A DNA stretch of 64,000 bases from Magallana gigas. Its lineage: Eukaryota. Location of the stretch: NCBI RefSeq assembly GCF_963853765.1, contig NC_088859.1:9858001-9922000 (forward strand), read 5' to 3'. The position numbers and the translations under genes are program-made. This document shows, piece after piece, positions 23,129 through 35,659 of the stretch. The first letter of the stretch is position 1. Each line of letters begins with the position of its first letter. The notes under the pieces were generated by a model. The model was not told the origin of the DNA. It made no database searches and was given only the letters and a program-made list of their open reading frames with translations.

Positions 23129-25499
23129 AATATGAAATATAGGTTATCGTCGTTAACTATGATAATAGATTAGTTTTCTGTCCTTAAACCATAGTTTACA
23201 ACAGTTTATCGACAGATATACTTTCAAACTATAATGATTAGCTGATTTTTTGTGAAATTTGCGTGCCATACATGTACACCTGTGCACTGATGAAAATATG
23301 CATGGTATATATAGTAATTGTGTTATATTCTAAACAATTTGTCCCAATACCTTGTATTGGAATTTTTGATAATTTAATATGCCTTTGTAATTAATACCTG
23401 TACTTACTAGTAATTGTATGACTGCTTGAAAATTATAAAGTACTTTTCAAGTACATGTACTTTTGATCATTAGGAAAAATGAACAATGAAAATTAGTTCA
23501 CAAGAATATATCTTATCCAGGATGAATTTTAAAATGTGAAAAAAAACTACGAATTAATTCTTTTTAATGAATTCTTTAGATCATTCCTGGCGAGCTGACA
23601 ACTTTGCATGTAGATGTCCAGTAAGTATACAGGTACATGTAACTTAATTAATAAGGAGCAGCCGCAGACTCATAATCACGTCCTATCTATGCGCCTCCTT
23701 GCTCCTAATTGATAAGAGAACGAAATATACACAAACTGGTTTTTTTTAATACAATTGCTATTTTTTTGTTTTAACAGAGGCAAATGAATATTTTGTTCCA
23801 TTCTCAAATCTGTATTTGATCAAAGTTTGTACTGTTTTTGCTACACAATACCCCCGGTAGTCAAATTATGATGTGAACATTCTCCAAAAAGTACAGCCAT
23901 TTTATACCGTGTATGTGTAATATATGACTCCTAATTTGCTGTCGTTTTCATTATGAAACAATTTGAAAATAAGCAAAACACACTTTAGTCCTAAACATAA
24001 CATTCCGTCGCATTGCGTTAAATCCTTGTTGGTTTGTGTGTGTGTGTGTTTTTTTTATTTGCAAGATATTTGGTGTACATGGATATGTAGGTCGCCCCTC
24101 CCTCCCCTTCAAAATGATGCTACGTGCCTGTTCCTTTATCATTAACTGTAGGTTTACCCATAATTTTTAAGTAGTGCAGGTAGTTTCAGATTTCGATTCT
24201 CCGAGTATACGACTGCGCCTACCCTCGACGCGTCTTTGTACCTTTATATATAAAATATTCTATCTTCTTTGGAGAGACTGGATGGTCAACAAATGGGCAT
24301 CAAATCTACATTAAAAGCTTAAATATTTTCAGCCATAAACTGTTCATTCAAAAAAGAAAAACTCAAAATATTTAAGCGACTTCTCTTTTATCTTTAAATA
24401 GAGCTATAACCTATTCCAATTTCTTGTTACAGTGTATGCTTAATTTTCAACCAGCTCTTATATAAAAGTCATAAAAGCAAGAGACACGCAAAATCAACAT
24501 TGATGCTTTATTTAAATGCCAAAAAAAAAAACTAACAAATTTTCAGAGTGTTACACACAATATAAAAAAAAAGTGGCAGGAATGTTACATTGACATTTTG
24601 GAATTAATTCAAGTCTTATCACAACTTAAAAAAGCACAACCAATTCAGATATTAACCTCTTTATTATAAGCTAGCTGTAATTGTGAATTTTTTTCTTGAG
24701 AGAATTTAAGTGCTCTTGGGATTAGGACTACTAGTAAAGATTGTTTTGATTGAGGAAGAAATCTAACTTTTTAGTGATGTGCCCTGGTTCGTTTGGCCCC
24801 TGCAACCCTGTACAGTAAACAGTATAATTTTTAAAACCATTCGCCCTTCTTATGGTAGAGTGCACTGTATTGAAACTGTCGTTCGATCAGAAAAGGAAAA
24901 CTCAAAATATTTTAGCGTTTTTTACTTTATCTTTCTACATGTATAGAGCTCTTCTTCTAAAGATTGATAGTTAATATAGCCCAATCCCTCCAGCCCTGCT
25001 ATACAAGTAGTTCAATCTACATGTATATTACCTATACCAATTTCTTACAGTAAATTTAAAGTTAAGAAATTATTTATATAACATGTTCAGTATGTACATT
25101 AGAACAAACCATTTATACAATGTAAATGTACCTTGGATTTAATTAGGAAGTGATCGATGTCACCTTAAAAAAATCATTTTCATACAATAAATTTATGTTA
25201 ACAACCTAGAATTTTAATACTGTAGCTCTAATGTTAATTCAGCAAAAAATTTGAACATTTGTATTCATAAAAATGCCAGCATTCAACTTAAATTGTTACA
25301 TGTAAGTAATAAATAAGACATATCAATAACATTAACCAGCAATGATTCATATTTAGCTAGTCTGTTCCATAGATCATGAATATATGATAACCCTACTCTT
25401 TAACCCTTCCAAAAAAGTTTATGAATTAAATAAAAATAGAAAAAACAAGGAAAAGTCATGAGGTCATGAAGAGCTAATAAACTTATATATACATATGTA

Positions 25500-25675
25500 C
25501 AGTCAAACCTCGTTGTCTCAAACTAAATAGGACTGGTTAAAACATAATGATATCTGAGTATTTGACATAACAACAGTAAAATACTTTAAGTATGAGTGGT
25601 AGAGACTTACAAATCACTTTGACATATCCATATTGTATTCGAGATATCAGTGTTCGAGATACAGAAGTTCAGCTG
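25500..25675. mobile_element. Tc1/mariner (pogo-like) MITE
   Basis: TA-CAGTCAAACCTCGTTGTCTCAAACT ... GTTCGAGATACAGAAGTTCAGCTG-TA (degenerate TIRs). Confidence 0.65.
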
Positions 25676-26147
25676 TATATATATATATATATCCGTAACA
25701 TGATTTCCTGGAAATACATGTTTATGCATAAAAGAAAAAAAAACCTTAAAAATGCATTTCAAGACAATCATGATCAGTAAAGAATAAATCTACTCTTTTT
25801 TATACATTTCATAAATCATCAATAATAAGCCAATATATCACTGCCTTAAAAACTTAGTTGACGCAATCAGCAAGCAACTAATTACATGCATATTTTATGA
25901 TATTCCACAACCTTCACTAAGAAACTCTTGAGATTTTGCACCTCACAACTACATAAACTAAAAGCAACTCTGAGATTGATTGATATCCCACAACCTCCCT
26001 TTGTAACAAGTCTATACTGTAACAATCCAATGTGTGTGAATGAAAAATGTAAACATGAGAAAAATGTACAGTACTAGCTATTACTGTCTTCACACATCAA
26101 TTGCACTATGAAATGCCATTTTTACAACCCAGAAAACAATTCTTTAA

Positions 26148-26485
26148 GGTGGAATAACACACGTACTTAAAAATGTCACTTAATTAAAGTAAATTATTTG
26201 ATTATGAAAGCTATATAATGATGAATAAAATGTAGATATGCCAAATAAGCAAAAAATTTGCAGTTTGAAGTAAAAAAAAATATATAAAAAATTCAAATCA
26301 GTACGTTTCAACAAAACACCTAGCTGCAGGATTTGAAATCAAGATGTATGGATCAAAAGTCCAACACTTTATCGATCTGACTACTACTAATAGGTTCCAT
26401 GTTGCTGTTGATAAAATCTTTTTTTAAAAATTAAATGTCGTTTCGATCAAAGGTCAGCCATTTTGTGATGATGCGTTATTCCACC
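26148..26485. mobile_element. Kolobok-type MITE with a degenerate tRNA-like segment on the minus strand
   Basis: TTAA-GGTGGAATAACAC ... GCGTTATTCCACC-TAAA; GCAGGATTTGAAATC (B-box-like, reverse) at about 26325. Confidence 0.75.
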
Positions 26486-26605
26486 TAAATATACATTACT
26501 CTGCAACATAAAAATAAATTATAAATACGCTCGACAGATAAAAAGCAAATCCAAAATTTACATTAATATGATTCAATCAACGTTAACAACCCTTATAGAT
26601 TTATG

Positions 26606-26715
26606 TCAATCTGATCAAAATCAGATCCTCGATGCTTCCATTTTAATGATATGTCGCTACGAGGCGACATATCATTAAAACGGGAGCATCGAGGATCTGA
26701 TTTTAATCAGATTGA
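26606..26715. repeat. 110-bp near-perfect palindrome (52-bp arms, 3 mismatches, 6-nt loop)
   Basis: TCAATCTGATCAAAATCAGATCCTCGATGCTTCCATTTTAATGATATGTCGC-TACGAG-GCGACATATCATTAAAACGGGAGCATCGAGGATCTGATTTTAATCAGATTGA. Confidence 0.92.
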
Positions 26716-27994
26716 GATTTATATATATGTAACTTTATATCTGTACAAGAAAATAATGTGAAAGCTCTAGTTGCAGTAATGAATAGTCACTAATTTTAAT
26801 CTTATAATTTTTTTAGTACATGTCATTCTCTATGTTCCATGAAGAGCAAAGTTGTTGCTCAAGACTTTTGAAAAAATTCTGGTGGGTATTCATATATATT
26901 TATTTTATTACAGGTAATTTTATTTTATTAATTATATCATCAAAATGTTTATATTTTTGACTGGAATATTTGAGGAGATAACTTTAATGGGACACATACA
27001 TGTACATGCATGTAAGAGTGAATTATTTATTATGGAAAAAAAATTAATTTGGCCATTTCATTTATATTAATATATTAAGTAACATGATAAACCTTCATGT
27101 ATTTTCATTATAACATGGGGAGTCAGCTGTCACAAATTATAATAGCTTAACGATAAAGTTTGTGATTCTCGTTCAACTCATTTAGATATATAAACACTTC
27201 GTTACATGCTATTGAAATATGCATAATATGGTGAAGGAATGTAATTATAAATCAAAAAATAAATTCAACATACATATATTTGTATATGCAATTTAAATAG
27301 CTATAATAATTAGCACATTTTGGAATGTAAAATTTAAAGTTTATCATTGCACCATGTACATGTATATAAAAACTTTTTTTAAATAAAAAATGTGGTTACA
27401 AATTATTCTGCAAAAGTCAGAGATACCCTCATACACAATTATAGTTAGACACTGATAATACATTTAGTGAAAGATGTGAGTCCAAATGGCACCCCTTGGT
27501 CCCAGTGTGTTACTGTTTGACATTGGTTTACAAAATTATAATAATGTCAATGACAGCTGATATACAAACATGACACCATGTGTTTCATGCTTAAATGGAT
27601 TTATAACACTTTATAGCTAGCCAACAGTCCTGTTGCAGAACACAAAACAGATGAGGATTCAAAAATGAAATTATGGGATACTTCTATATCTACTCTCTGT
27701 TTATACATGCTTAATGCAATAAAACATGGTAATCTAAAAAAAAAGGCACAAAAATTTATAGTAAAAACATTATAAATCTATTTTACATCCCATATTGCAC
27801 CTTTGAGATCATGCAGTAACAAAAAGGGTTCTATACAAGCTTTATTTAGTCTCAAACTGAGCAATTTGTTTTCTCTGTCATCAAAAGATATGCATGGTCA
27901 TGCATAATAATTATACATTATTAACACATTTCAAGATTTCAATCAGATACAATTCTACTGAGAATGGGGGCTGAAATCAAGCACATTACATGTA

Positions 27995-30751
27995 TCACAG
28001 CAGAATGCTATAGATAGGTTTATTTCTGGCCCCTGAAGCCTGGTTCGGCTGGTCAGCAGTCTCGTTGTTTCTGGGATTTCCACACCCCGGGGATGGAGCC
28101 CCTGTAGCAGAGGATCCATATGTTTGTCCAGATTCCATTTCGGATGGAATTCTAGAATTATTTTGTACTCTGCTCTTTTGACTAGACACTGGTTTGGAGA
28201 CAGGTGGTTGGTAATGAGTTTCAGAATGTTTTGCTTTAAGCCTCTCATTGTATGCAATTTGCTGAATATGGTCATTTTCAGTAGACACTTCTTTGTCTGA
28301 ATGAATGCTTTTACTATTGCACTTTATTCCAAGAAATTTCTTTAATTCTTCATCTGAGTCTTCATTAAAGGTTTGTCTAAATTGGTGGTTCTCCACATCA
28401 CTATGTTTGTTGGGAAAAGATGCTTTCTTTTGGTTTTCCAAACCAGCAATACCATTGTCATTTGGAAATTCTGAAACTGATTTGGTTAGGTATGGCAATA
28501 GGGACAAGGGATGGGGATCTTTCCTCTTCACATCCAGTTTTGTTCTTTTCTTTTCCACTGGCTTTTTGACATTCATGTCACCAGAGCTCCTAACCTCTCT
28601 CCTGACATTCTCTGAAAAAGAACTCTCCTCTTCCAGTGGTGCAGTCCTAGGAATAGGCGACAGACAAGGCGATATCGTTGGCAGTGTCAGCTTTTCCAAA
28701 GCTTTCAGTTTAGGGGATGACTGAGCATATGGTTTTGTTTTTGAAAATGAAGAATAATGATCATCAGTTTGAGATGTCTTTACACTAAGTGGTGTCATGG
28801 AATCAAAATTGAAACCTTGATTTTTTTCATCTGAGCCCTTAAATGAGGATGGTGTTGATCTTGTAACATCATCTGTATATGATCTTATGATAGGTTTCTT
28901 TCTTCGGAGAACAACTTGACTCAAGTCAATTGAAGGATGCTCTATCTTTTTCTCCACAGGTTTTACTATTTCTTGGCTTTCATTAAGTGGAGATTGTAAG
29001 GAACTCATTTCTACAGTAAAAATCCTGGGAGGTTTTGGTGGGGCAAAGCCTGCAGGCAAAGAAACCGTGGAGGCTTTCGAGAGGCGACGTGGATCAATTT
29101 CATTGTTAAAAAAAGGTGACGAAAAGCAAAACTCATTTTTAATTTCAGATTCTCCATTGGATTTTCTTGCACTTTTCAAGGAATTTTCTCTCTGCAGAGC
29201 TCTCTCTGCGCTGTATTTTGTGTCATCATTGTGCTTTGGTTTCTTTTGGGTTATAATTTTGTCACTTTGTCTTGAAAATTCACAGTAAGATACACCTTGA
29301 GGATCCTGCTCACCCAAGAAAATATCTTGTCTGGCTGGATTAAGCAGAGATATCTGTGGAATAGGTACACTTCCCAGCGTGTGACTCCGTTCTCTTTTTA
29401 TCACATTTTGGGGTTCCTCAAAATATGACACAGGTCTTACATTTCCTGTGTTTGATCTCTCTTCAGAATGAAAAGTAGCTGATGAGTGCAAGTCAGAATT
29501 GAATGTTAGTGTATCACTGTGTCTGTCAAAATTATCAAGATTTTGAATATCCTCATCAGTATTAGTTCTACTGATTGATTCAGGGTAATGCAATCTTTCT
29601 TCATTTGTCCCAGGATTTTCCTCATAAGGTGGAAGTTCATCATCATCCTCAATTGACAGTGGGTCACTTAATGTGTCTCTGATCGGTATAAAATTTGGGG
29701 AAACATTCTGAGGTCTACTGCTTTGGTTTTGGGGTGTTTCTTCCAACAGATCAAATTCTGACACAGAAGCTCTAGGGACAATTATTTCTGGAAAAGGAGG
29801 ATGTTCTAAATCTGTATCACCAGACTCCAGAGCTAACTTGTTTTGTACTTGGGCCAATAGTCCTTGTGTTTCCTGGTCATAACGAGATCCCTGCAGCTGC
29901 AAAGGAGGTCGTTGCCTGCGTCTTGAAGACCTTAATGATTCATTAGCATTTGAAAAAGATCTGTGACCCCTGACTGAGGAGTTTCGGCTATTATTTCTGC
30001 TAAAATTTTGGGCTTCAACAATGTTAGCACCTGCAACAGGCATATTTCCATATCTTCTTCCTACAACTCGTTGTTCGGAATCTGTTAAAGTTTGATGGTG
30101 AATGCAAGCAGATGATGAGGGAGTGTTGTGGTCTTTAGCTTTTCTTTTAACTTTTTTCTTCTTTGGTTTCTTTCTGTTTGATCCTGAAACTAATGGTGCT
30201 TGACTAGAAGAGCTAGCTCTTTCTTTTCCCCTTTGAAATGGGCTGGAACCATACAATACAGTGTTTTGATTAACTTTTTCTTTTTTGCGCCCAATACATA
30301 TGTGTCTGGTGCATATCATGGCTAGTATCAAAGCAAGGATAAACTGTAATCCAGCTGTTCCCACAAGAATAGCATGGATAATTTTAGTATGCCCTTCATT
30401 GATACCAGTATACAAGTTGACATTTGAATAAAATCCACTACGAAACTCCAGACCAGCTGCAGACATGACCCCCTGACCAATTGAGACTAAACAACAGAAG
30501 TAGGCAACAACTGTGAAAGACGTGACACTACACACACCCTTACTGTATGCAGCTCCTGCTCCATATAGACCAGTGATGATAGCCATTCCTCCTCCCCACG
30601 CACCTGTGGCAATATAGCTTCCCCATATCACCTCAATAAAGCCAAACACAGTTGCTGCTATGCTACAGACACCAACAAAAATTAAGAATATTGAGATCCC
30701 AGTAATGGGATACTGTGGAAGGTTGAAAAGCAAATGGACTCTGAGAGACAT
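27995..30751 (-). CDS. 918-aa protein: N-terminal CD20/MS4A-like four-TM domain plus a long low-complexity cytoplasmic tail (ENTREP/FAM189-like architecture); single coding exon
   Basis: Uninterrupted 2757-nt ORF in AT-rich DNA. Four hydrophobic segments lie in about residues 15-150, with the CD20-family-like signature GAWGGGMAIITGLYG. The tail is Ser/Pro/Lys/Glu-rich and contains LPPY and PPKPPR. Confidence 0.85.
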   Translation of the reverse strand: MSLRVHLLFNLPQYPITGISIFLIFVGVCSIAATVFGFIEVIWGSYIATGAWGGGMAIITGLYGAGAAYSKGVCSVTSFTVVAYFCCLVSIGQGVMSAAGLEFRSGFYSNVNLYTGINEGHTKIIHAILVGTAGLQFILALILAMICTRHICIGRKKEKVNQNTVLYGSSPFQRGKERASSSSQAPLVSGSNRKKPKKKKVKRKAKDHNTPSSSACIHHQTLTDSEQRVVGRRYGNMPVAGANIVEAQNFSRNNSRNSSVRGHRSFSNANESLRSSRRRQRPPLQLQGSRYDQETQGLLAQVQNKLALESGDTDLEHPPFPEIIVPRASVSEFDLLEETPQNQSSRPQNVSPNFIPIRDTLSDPLSIEDDDELPPYEENPGTNEERLHYPESISRTNTDEDIQNLDNFDRHSDTLTFNSDLHSSATFHSEERSNTGNVRPVSYFEEPQNVIKRERSHTLGSVPIPQISLLNPARQDIFLGEQDPQGVSYCEFSRQSDKIITQKKPKHNDDTKYSAERALQRENSLKSARKSNGESEIKNEFCFSSPFFNNEIDPRRLSKASTVSLPAGFAPPKPPRIFTVEMSSLQSPLNESQEIVKPVEKKIEHPSIDLSQVVLRRKKPIIRSYTDDVTRSTPSSFKGSDEKNQGFNFDSMTPLSVKTSQTDDHYSSFSKTKPYAQSSPKLKALEKLTLPTISPCLSPIPRTAPLEEESSFSENVRREVRSSGDMNVKKPVEKKRTKLDVKRKDPHPLSLLPYLTKSVSEFPNDNGIAGLENQKKASFPNKHSDVENHQFRQTFNEDSDEELKKFLGIKCNSKSIHSDKEVSTENDHIQQIAYNERLKAKHSETHYQPPVSKPVSSQKSRVQNNSRIPSEMESGQTYGSSATGAPSPGCGNPRNNETADQPNQASGARNKPIYSILL

Positions 30752-30774
30752 AATTGACCAGTAAGACTCTCAAT

Positions 30775-30864
30775 TTAAACAAGCAGAGGTGGAGACATAA
30801 ATTCCAGCTTAAACTTTCATATCACTTTGTCAAGACATCTTGCTTGTTGTCCTCCATATTCCAT
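30775..30864 (-). promoter_or_regulatory. Cluster of short upstream ORFs ahead of the 918-aa CDS
   Basis: uORF1 30864-30817 (MEYGGQQARCLDKVI*), a 3-codon MKV* overlapping its stop (ATGA), and uORF 30798-30775 (MSPPLLV*). All lie downstream of a good acceptor (TTTCATAG, exon start 30890). Confidence 0.5.
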
Positions 30865-31241
30865 ATCAGTGAACACGATGAAGGCGTAATCTATGAAATA
30901 TAATGTTTTAATTTTAAGAAAAGACGTAAAGAATGTTACAATTCACCAACTGATGCGATTGTATCTTAAATAATCACCTGTCGACGGTCTTAGTCAAGTC
31001 TGCAAGGGCTGAAAGGTAGGTAAACATTTTTTCTTTTTAGTTGTAATATCTGATTTCCGATCCCGATGCATACTATTAATAATTTTACAGGGTGCTTCTA
31101 GAATTTGTACTGTGTAGGCTGCTATCATTACTAGATCTAATTGATATATTGACACAACAAAAATACAAATTTGATACATTCAAAGTGAATCCTTCTTTGT
31201 TGTCTAAATAGTAGTTTGAACCCGATGTTAAAACAAGCAAC

Positions 31242-31519
31242 ATGGCTCTCACTGATCCAAACGATGTCTGCAAGATGGCCTACGATGGAAATTTACCGAT
31301 GTTGCAAATGAAAATCAAAGAAGATAGAAGTCTTGCCACAAAGACTGATGAAGTATGTTTGTATGCTTATATTTTTTCGAATTTTTCGGACATCGTTTTT
31401 TACCACAAGAGTTGTTTTCAAATGTGCATTGTCATGCATGCATCTATCAGCCCATAGCTATATCATTAGTGCATGCAGTGTATTGCTCAGTTATAGTAAA
31501 GAAAAGGAATATGCTTTCT

Positions 31520-31588
<69 letters not shown>

Positions 31589-34174
31589 CATGTTAAAGTA
31601 CATGCACATGATGCAGGCATACCACCAATTCTTGCGAAAAACCATTTCTCGTTCATGCATTGTTAATGCTGGTACAGTACATGTATGTCATTTATGTCAT
31701 TTTATCAATCAACACTGTAAATTATATATTCATGTGAAAAATGACATAACAATTAATGCACGGGCGACAGGATGTATTTACTAACTGCTACTGTACGTCC
31801 CCCTTACATATATCTCTGCTGGCGATCAGAAATGGTACTAAATGAGAATTGGTTTCATGTCAGTATTAGACATTTGAGTGTCAATGAGATATACAATATA
31901 ACACATGCTATCAAAAGCTAGGTTAAGAAATTTGATCATGAATTATATTATTTGTTTATTTGTCTATTGTAGACATGCAGAATGCCATTGCATTGGGCAT
32001 CATCAACGGGGAAAGTTGATGTTGTTGATTATCTCCTCGGCCTAAATGTCCCTGTGGATGCTCGAGATGAGGTAGTTCACATAGATACATGTACATGTAT
32101 ATGATTTATAGATATGGGAGGGTTTAATAGAGTGGTGACTCTGGTAATATATTATCTTTTGATTTACTCTATTTACATGTAATTTCTATGCTGTGTTGCA
32201 GTCAAACTGGACACCTTTAATGATTGCTGCTTCAGCAGGACACGAGCAAGTTGTCTCCTTTCTCCTTGCTAAAGGGGCACAGGTGAATGCTGTCAACAAC
32301 ACAGGACAGTGCTCTCTTCATTATGCAGCCTCCAAAGACAGGTATCAGGTAAACATAAACATCCACGGTATATATACCTACCATTATGCAGGCAATCATT
32401 TATGGTAAAATGCAGTTTGATAGCGGATACCTCTCCATGAATGTGTAAAGGCTTAGTCTCACCTCACTAAATAGCTCTACCTGACATTGACCGGTTAGCA
32501 AACTTTTCAATTTCTCTGTTTGCATGCATTTCTTGTCTTTTTCTTTTTTTTTGGCAAATACATTCAGACAGACCCAATGAAGTCTTTTCTCTCCAACAGA
32601 AAGTGTTGATTGTATCAACAACTTGGAATTGACTTTACTTACTAAACTTAGGTGATTGTATGCTAGTAAGGTGGCTCTGAGCTTGCATGCATTTTGTACA
32701 GAATTTACAACAGGCAGTTCTTTTCCTATGCTGGTCTGCTAGCTTCCATTCACATCAGTTTGATTCAAATAATGTCACAAATTGACAAATACCTGTGGTG
32801 AAAAGGATATGCTGGCCGGCTTTGATTTACTGATTTCCAACCATTAATCTACCAATTATAAACCTTTTTTGTTAAGTTTAACTGCGTTACTCATTTTGTT
32901 TAATGTATAGTCATTTAAAACTCAAAATCATGAAATGTTAAGTCAGAAAACTAATTTGTGTTGTTAAATACACGTAATTGAATTAGATGTTCATAAATGT
33001 AAAACACTATAATGCAAAAACAATTAATTTTGTGAAAGTATAATTTGTATTAAGTACTGGTATATGGTCTTTTACAGATTGCTGAAAAATTATTAGAACA
33101 TGGTGCAGATGTGAATGTTTTTGACCAGTATGGACATATACCATTACACAGAGCAGCCTCGAAGGGGCTGGCCAAGATGGTGAAACTACTTCTCCAGTAT
33201 ATTGTGGATGTAAATCACAGAGACGTGGAGGGAAACACACCACTGTATGTGTCTTTACTTTTTACAGTCTGTTTACATGTACATGTATTTGCAAAATCAT
33301 GATATGTACACTTGACTTCCATTACAACAAAGGAAATAAAATGAACAGTTCATAAATGTTATAAAATAGAAAGTAGGGAAATAATGCATACATAGCTATA
33401 AAACCTCATTCCCAAATTTTTAACATAATAGACCCTGGTATTGTAAAGATAAGAATGGCTTAATGCACTACTGTATACTAGGTTATTTTCGCCCTTTGTT
33501 ATTTTTGCCCTTCTACACTTTCAATCGGTTTCGCTCAGTCTTAAATTCGCCCAGTTGTGGTTGTGTTAACAGAGATATTATTTGTAACTTAGAATTTTCC
33601 CACTCTTAAATTAGCCCTCTGAAAACGAGGGCGAAAGGGGCAAAAGTTAAATGGGGGCAAATATTTCCCTGTATACATTATATCTTAATTTCAGACACTT
33701 AGCTTGTGAAGAAGAGAGGTTGGAAGTAGCCAGGCTTTTAATACAACATGGAGCAAAAGTAGAACTTCTCAATAAGGTACAGTACTTTTAAGTTAGAAGA
33801 AAGATTGAATACCAGCTGTTATTTTAAGTTAAATTGTAGATAACGAAATTGAAATAAGGTTACACAAATTAAAGTTAGTTATACAAGTTTATTATGCAGA
33901 GTTTAGCACATTTCAGTCACAAGAGTTAATATCCAGGGTTTAATTGATATCCTTCTGCTACATGAGTTTATATGCAGGGTTTAATGAAATAAAGCCATAT
34001 CTAATATTGGATTATTAAATTGATTTCATTAAAAATAAGTGTATCTATAAATATTATGAATCCGTAAATCGGTGGTTCATCTTTTAACTTTTAATTAATT
34101 TGTAGGATGAGAAATCACCACTAGATCTAGCACCGCCCAGTATGAAGAGGTCCCTACAGAATGCTGTATCGTGA
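31242..34174 (+). CDS. PSMD10: 26S proteasome non-ATPase regulatory subunit 10 (gankyrin); exons 31242-31352, 31973-32071, 32202-32348, 33078-33244, 33695-33776, 34106-34174; 224 aa
   Basis: Ankyrin-repeat protein with gankyrin-specific segments WTPLMIAASAG, LHYAASK, PLHRAASKG, GNTPLHLACEEER and KSPLDLA. The spliced frame is open (675 nt). Confidence 0.95.
31522..31580. repeat. (AG)n microsatellite in PSMD10 intron 1
   Basis: Pure AG run of about 29 units. Confidence 0.98.
33471..33678. mobile_element. Tc1/mariner-type MITE in PSMD10 intron 4
   Basis: TA-CTGTATAC...GTATACA ends; internal inverted TTTTCGCCC / GGGCGAAA motifs. Confidence 0.6.
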
Positions 34175-35659
34175 CATTCTTCCTTAATGTATAACATCAT
34201 GTATAAACACTTTTCACAGTCACATCTGATTGACATTTAACTGGAAAAGACTGTTCATCAATTGCTAATAATGTGACAGTACTAAGCAGTGTCCTGTTCA
34301 AATTCCTATAAGACGATTCAAATGATTTCATTTTGTGTAATTTCTTATTTTCAAGTACCCAGCTGGAAACAAATGTTGGATAATATGTCCTTACTTTTTT
34401 TTTACTCATATCGTGAGTTTCATGTACAGTCATGTAAATAACAACTTGAATAAAAAAAAATCAGATATGAAATGAGCCAATGATCTTTATAATATGAAAA
34501 ACATATTGAAAGAACATTGCATCTTTCAAACCATTATATTTAATCAAATGTCATGTATTAAAAATTAAAATATTCCAAATTAAAACTTCATTACTTCTGA
34601 AAATATATTGCAATTAATTGCTTGACAGTCATTGTTTCATTCATTTGGATGTAACAATTTTAATTGGGTACATTTGCAAAAATGGCAAAAAATTTAGCAA
34701 TTCATTCATTATACATGTTTATGGGCTTGGTCACTGGTATAACATTTATATATGTATATCTATTTTGAAGTATTTTCAAACCCTTTCCACTAATTGAGAC
34801 AAAACTTCTTCAGATGTTGCAGGCCAGTTTAAAACTCAAAGTACATATTTATGTGCAAAATTTATGCATTGCAATTTTAATCTAGGCAATGTACATGTTC
34901 ATGCCATTAAATTAATTAATAATACAACAGAGACAAATAATCTTTACTTTTTGAACCTGAAGGAATAAAACATAAACATCCAGGGGTACAAATGAAATAT
35001 ATATGTTCCTATGGAACTATATTTCATTTCCTTATCGATTTGTTCTAATTCTGCAGATTGAAGACCTGTTTAACACATGCAAAAGCCACCAAGTTTGTAA
35101 TAAAGAAAGACAAATCATGACTTAAAACTTTAAATAATCAATTTATTGTTTTCCCTATACATATTTACAGACATGTTAGAATAAAATATTTTGGACAAGG
35201 GCCTGCATAAGTAAACTGTACATGTACATTTGTACATACATACACTATTTGTTAAAATCAAATCCCAGAATTTTATCATAAGGCGTTTACACATACAATG
35301 CACTAATATGTATAATATAGGAAATTGTGATCTCTGAAATAAGAATAAAATTTTACATGTGCTCATGCATCTTAAATACATTTCAATTGGCACTGTTAAA
35401 TCAATACAAAACATAAAAAGAAGGAAAGACTATGAATATTCAGTATCTGATTTTAAGGCAACAAAACTGTTAAAAATAAAACTGTAAAAAGAAAAAAGGG
35501 AAATAAAGGGTACAGAGATGTACGGCACAGTTTGTATAAACTTGGTTGTTCCCATTTATCACAATGTCTTCTGTCACTGTTAACTTAGCATGTCAAAAGG
35601 AATGTAGCTCATTGACAAAGCAAAATGAAGATGAATAAATACATCAAGAAATAGGCTGT

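Noticed and set aside
27955-29288. Antisense or alternate-frame ORFs (106, 139 and 73 aa) over the 918-aa gene; similar ones over the Kelch and GPCR exons
   Set aside because: Shadow ORFs expected opposite long coding exons; no motifs and no splice support.
31355-31666. ORFs with ERERER / SLSLSL tracts
   Set aside because: Translations of the (AG)n microsatellite in PSMD10 intron 1.
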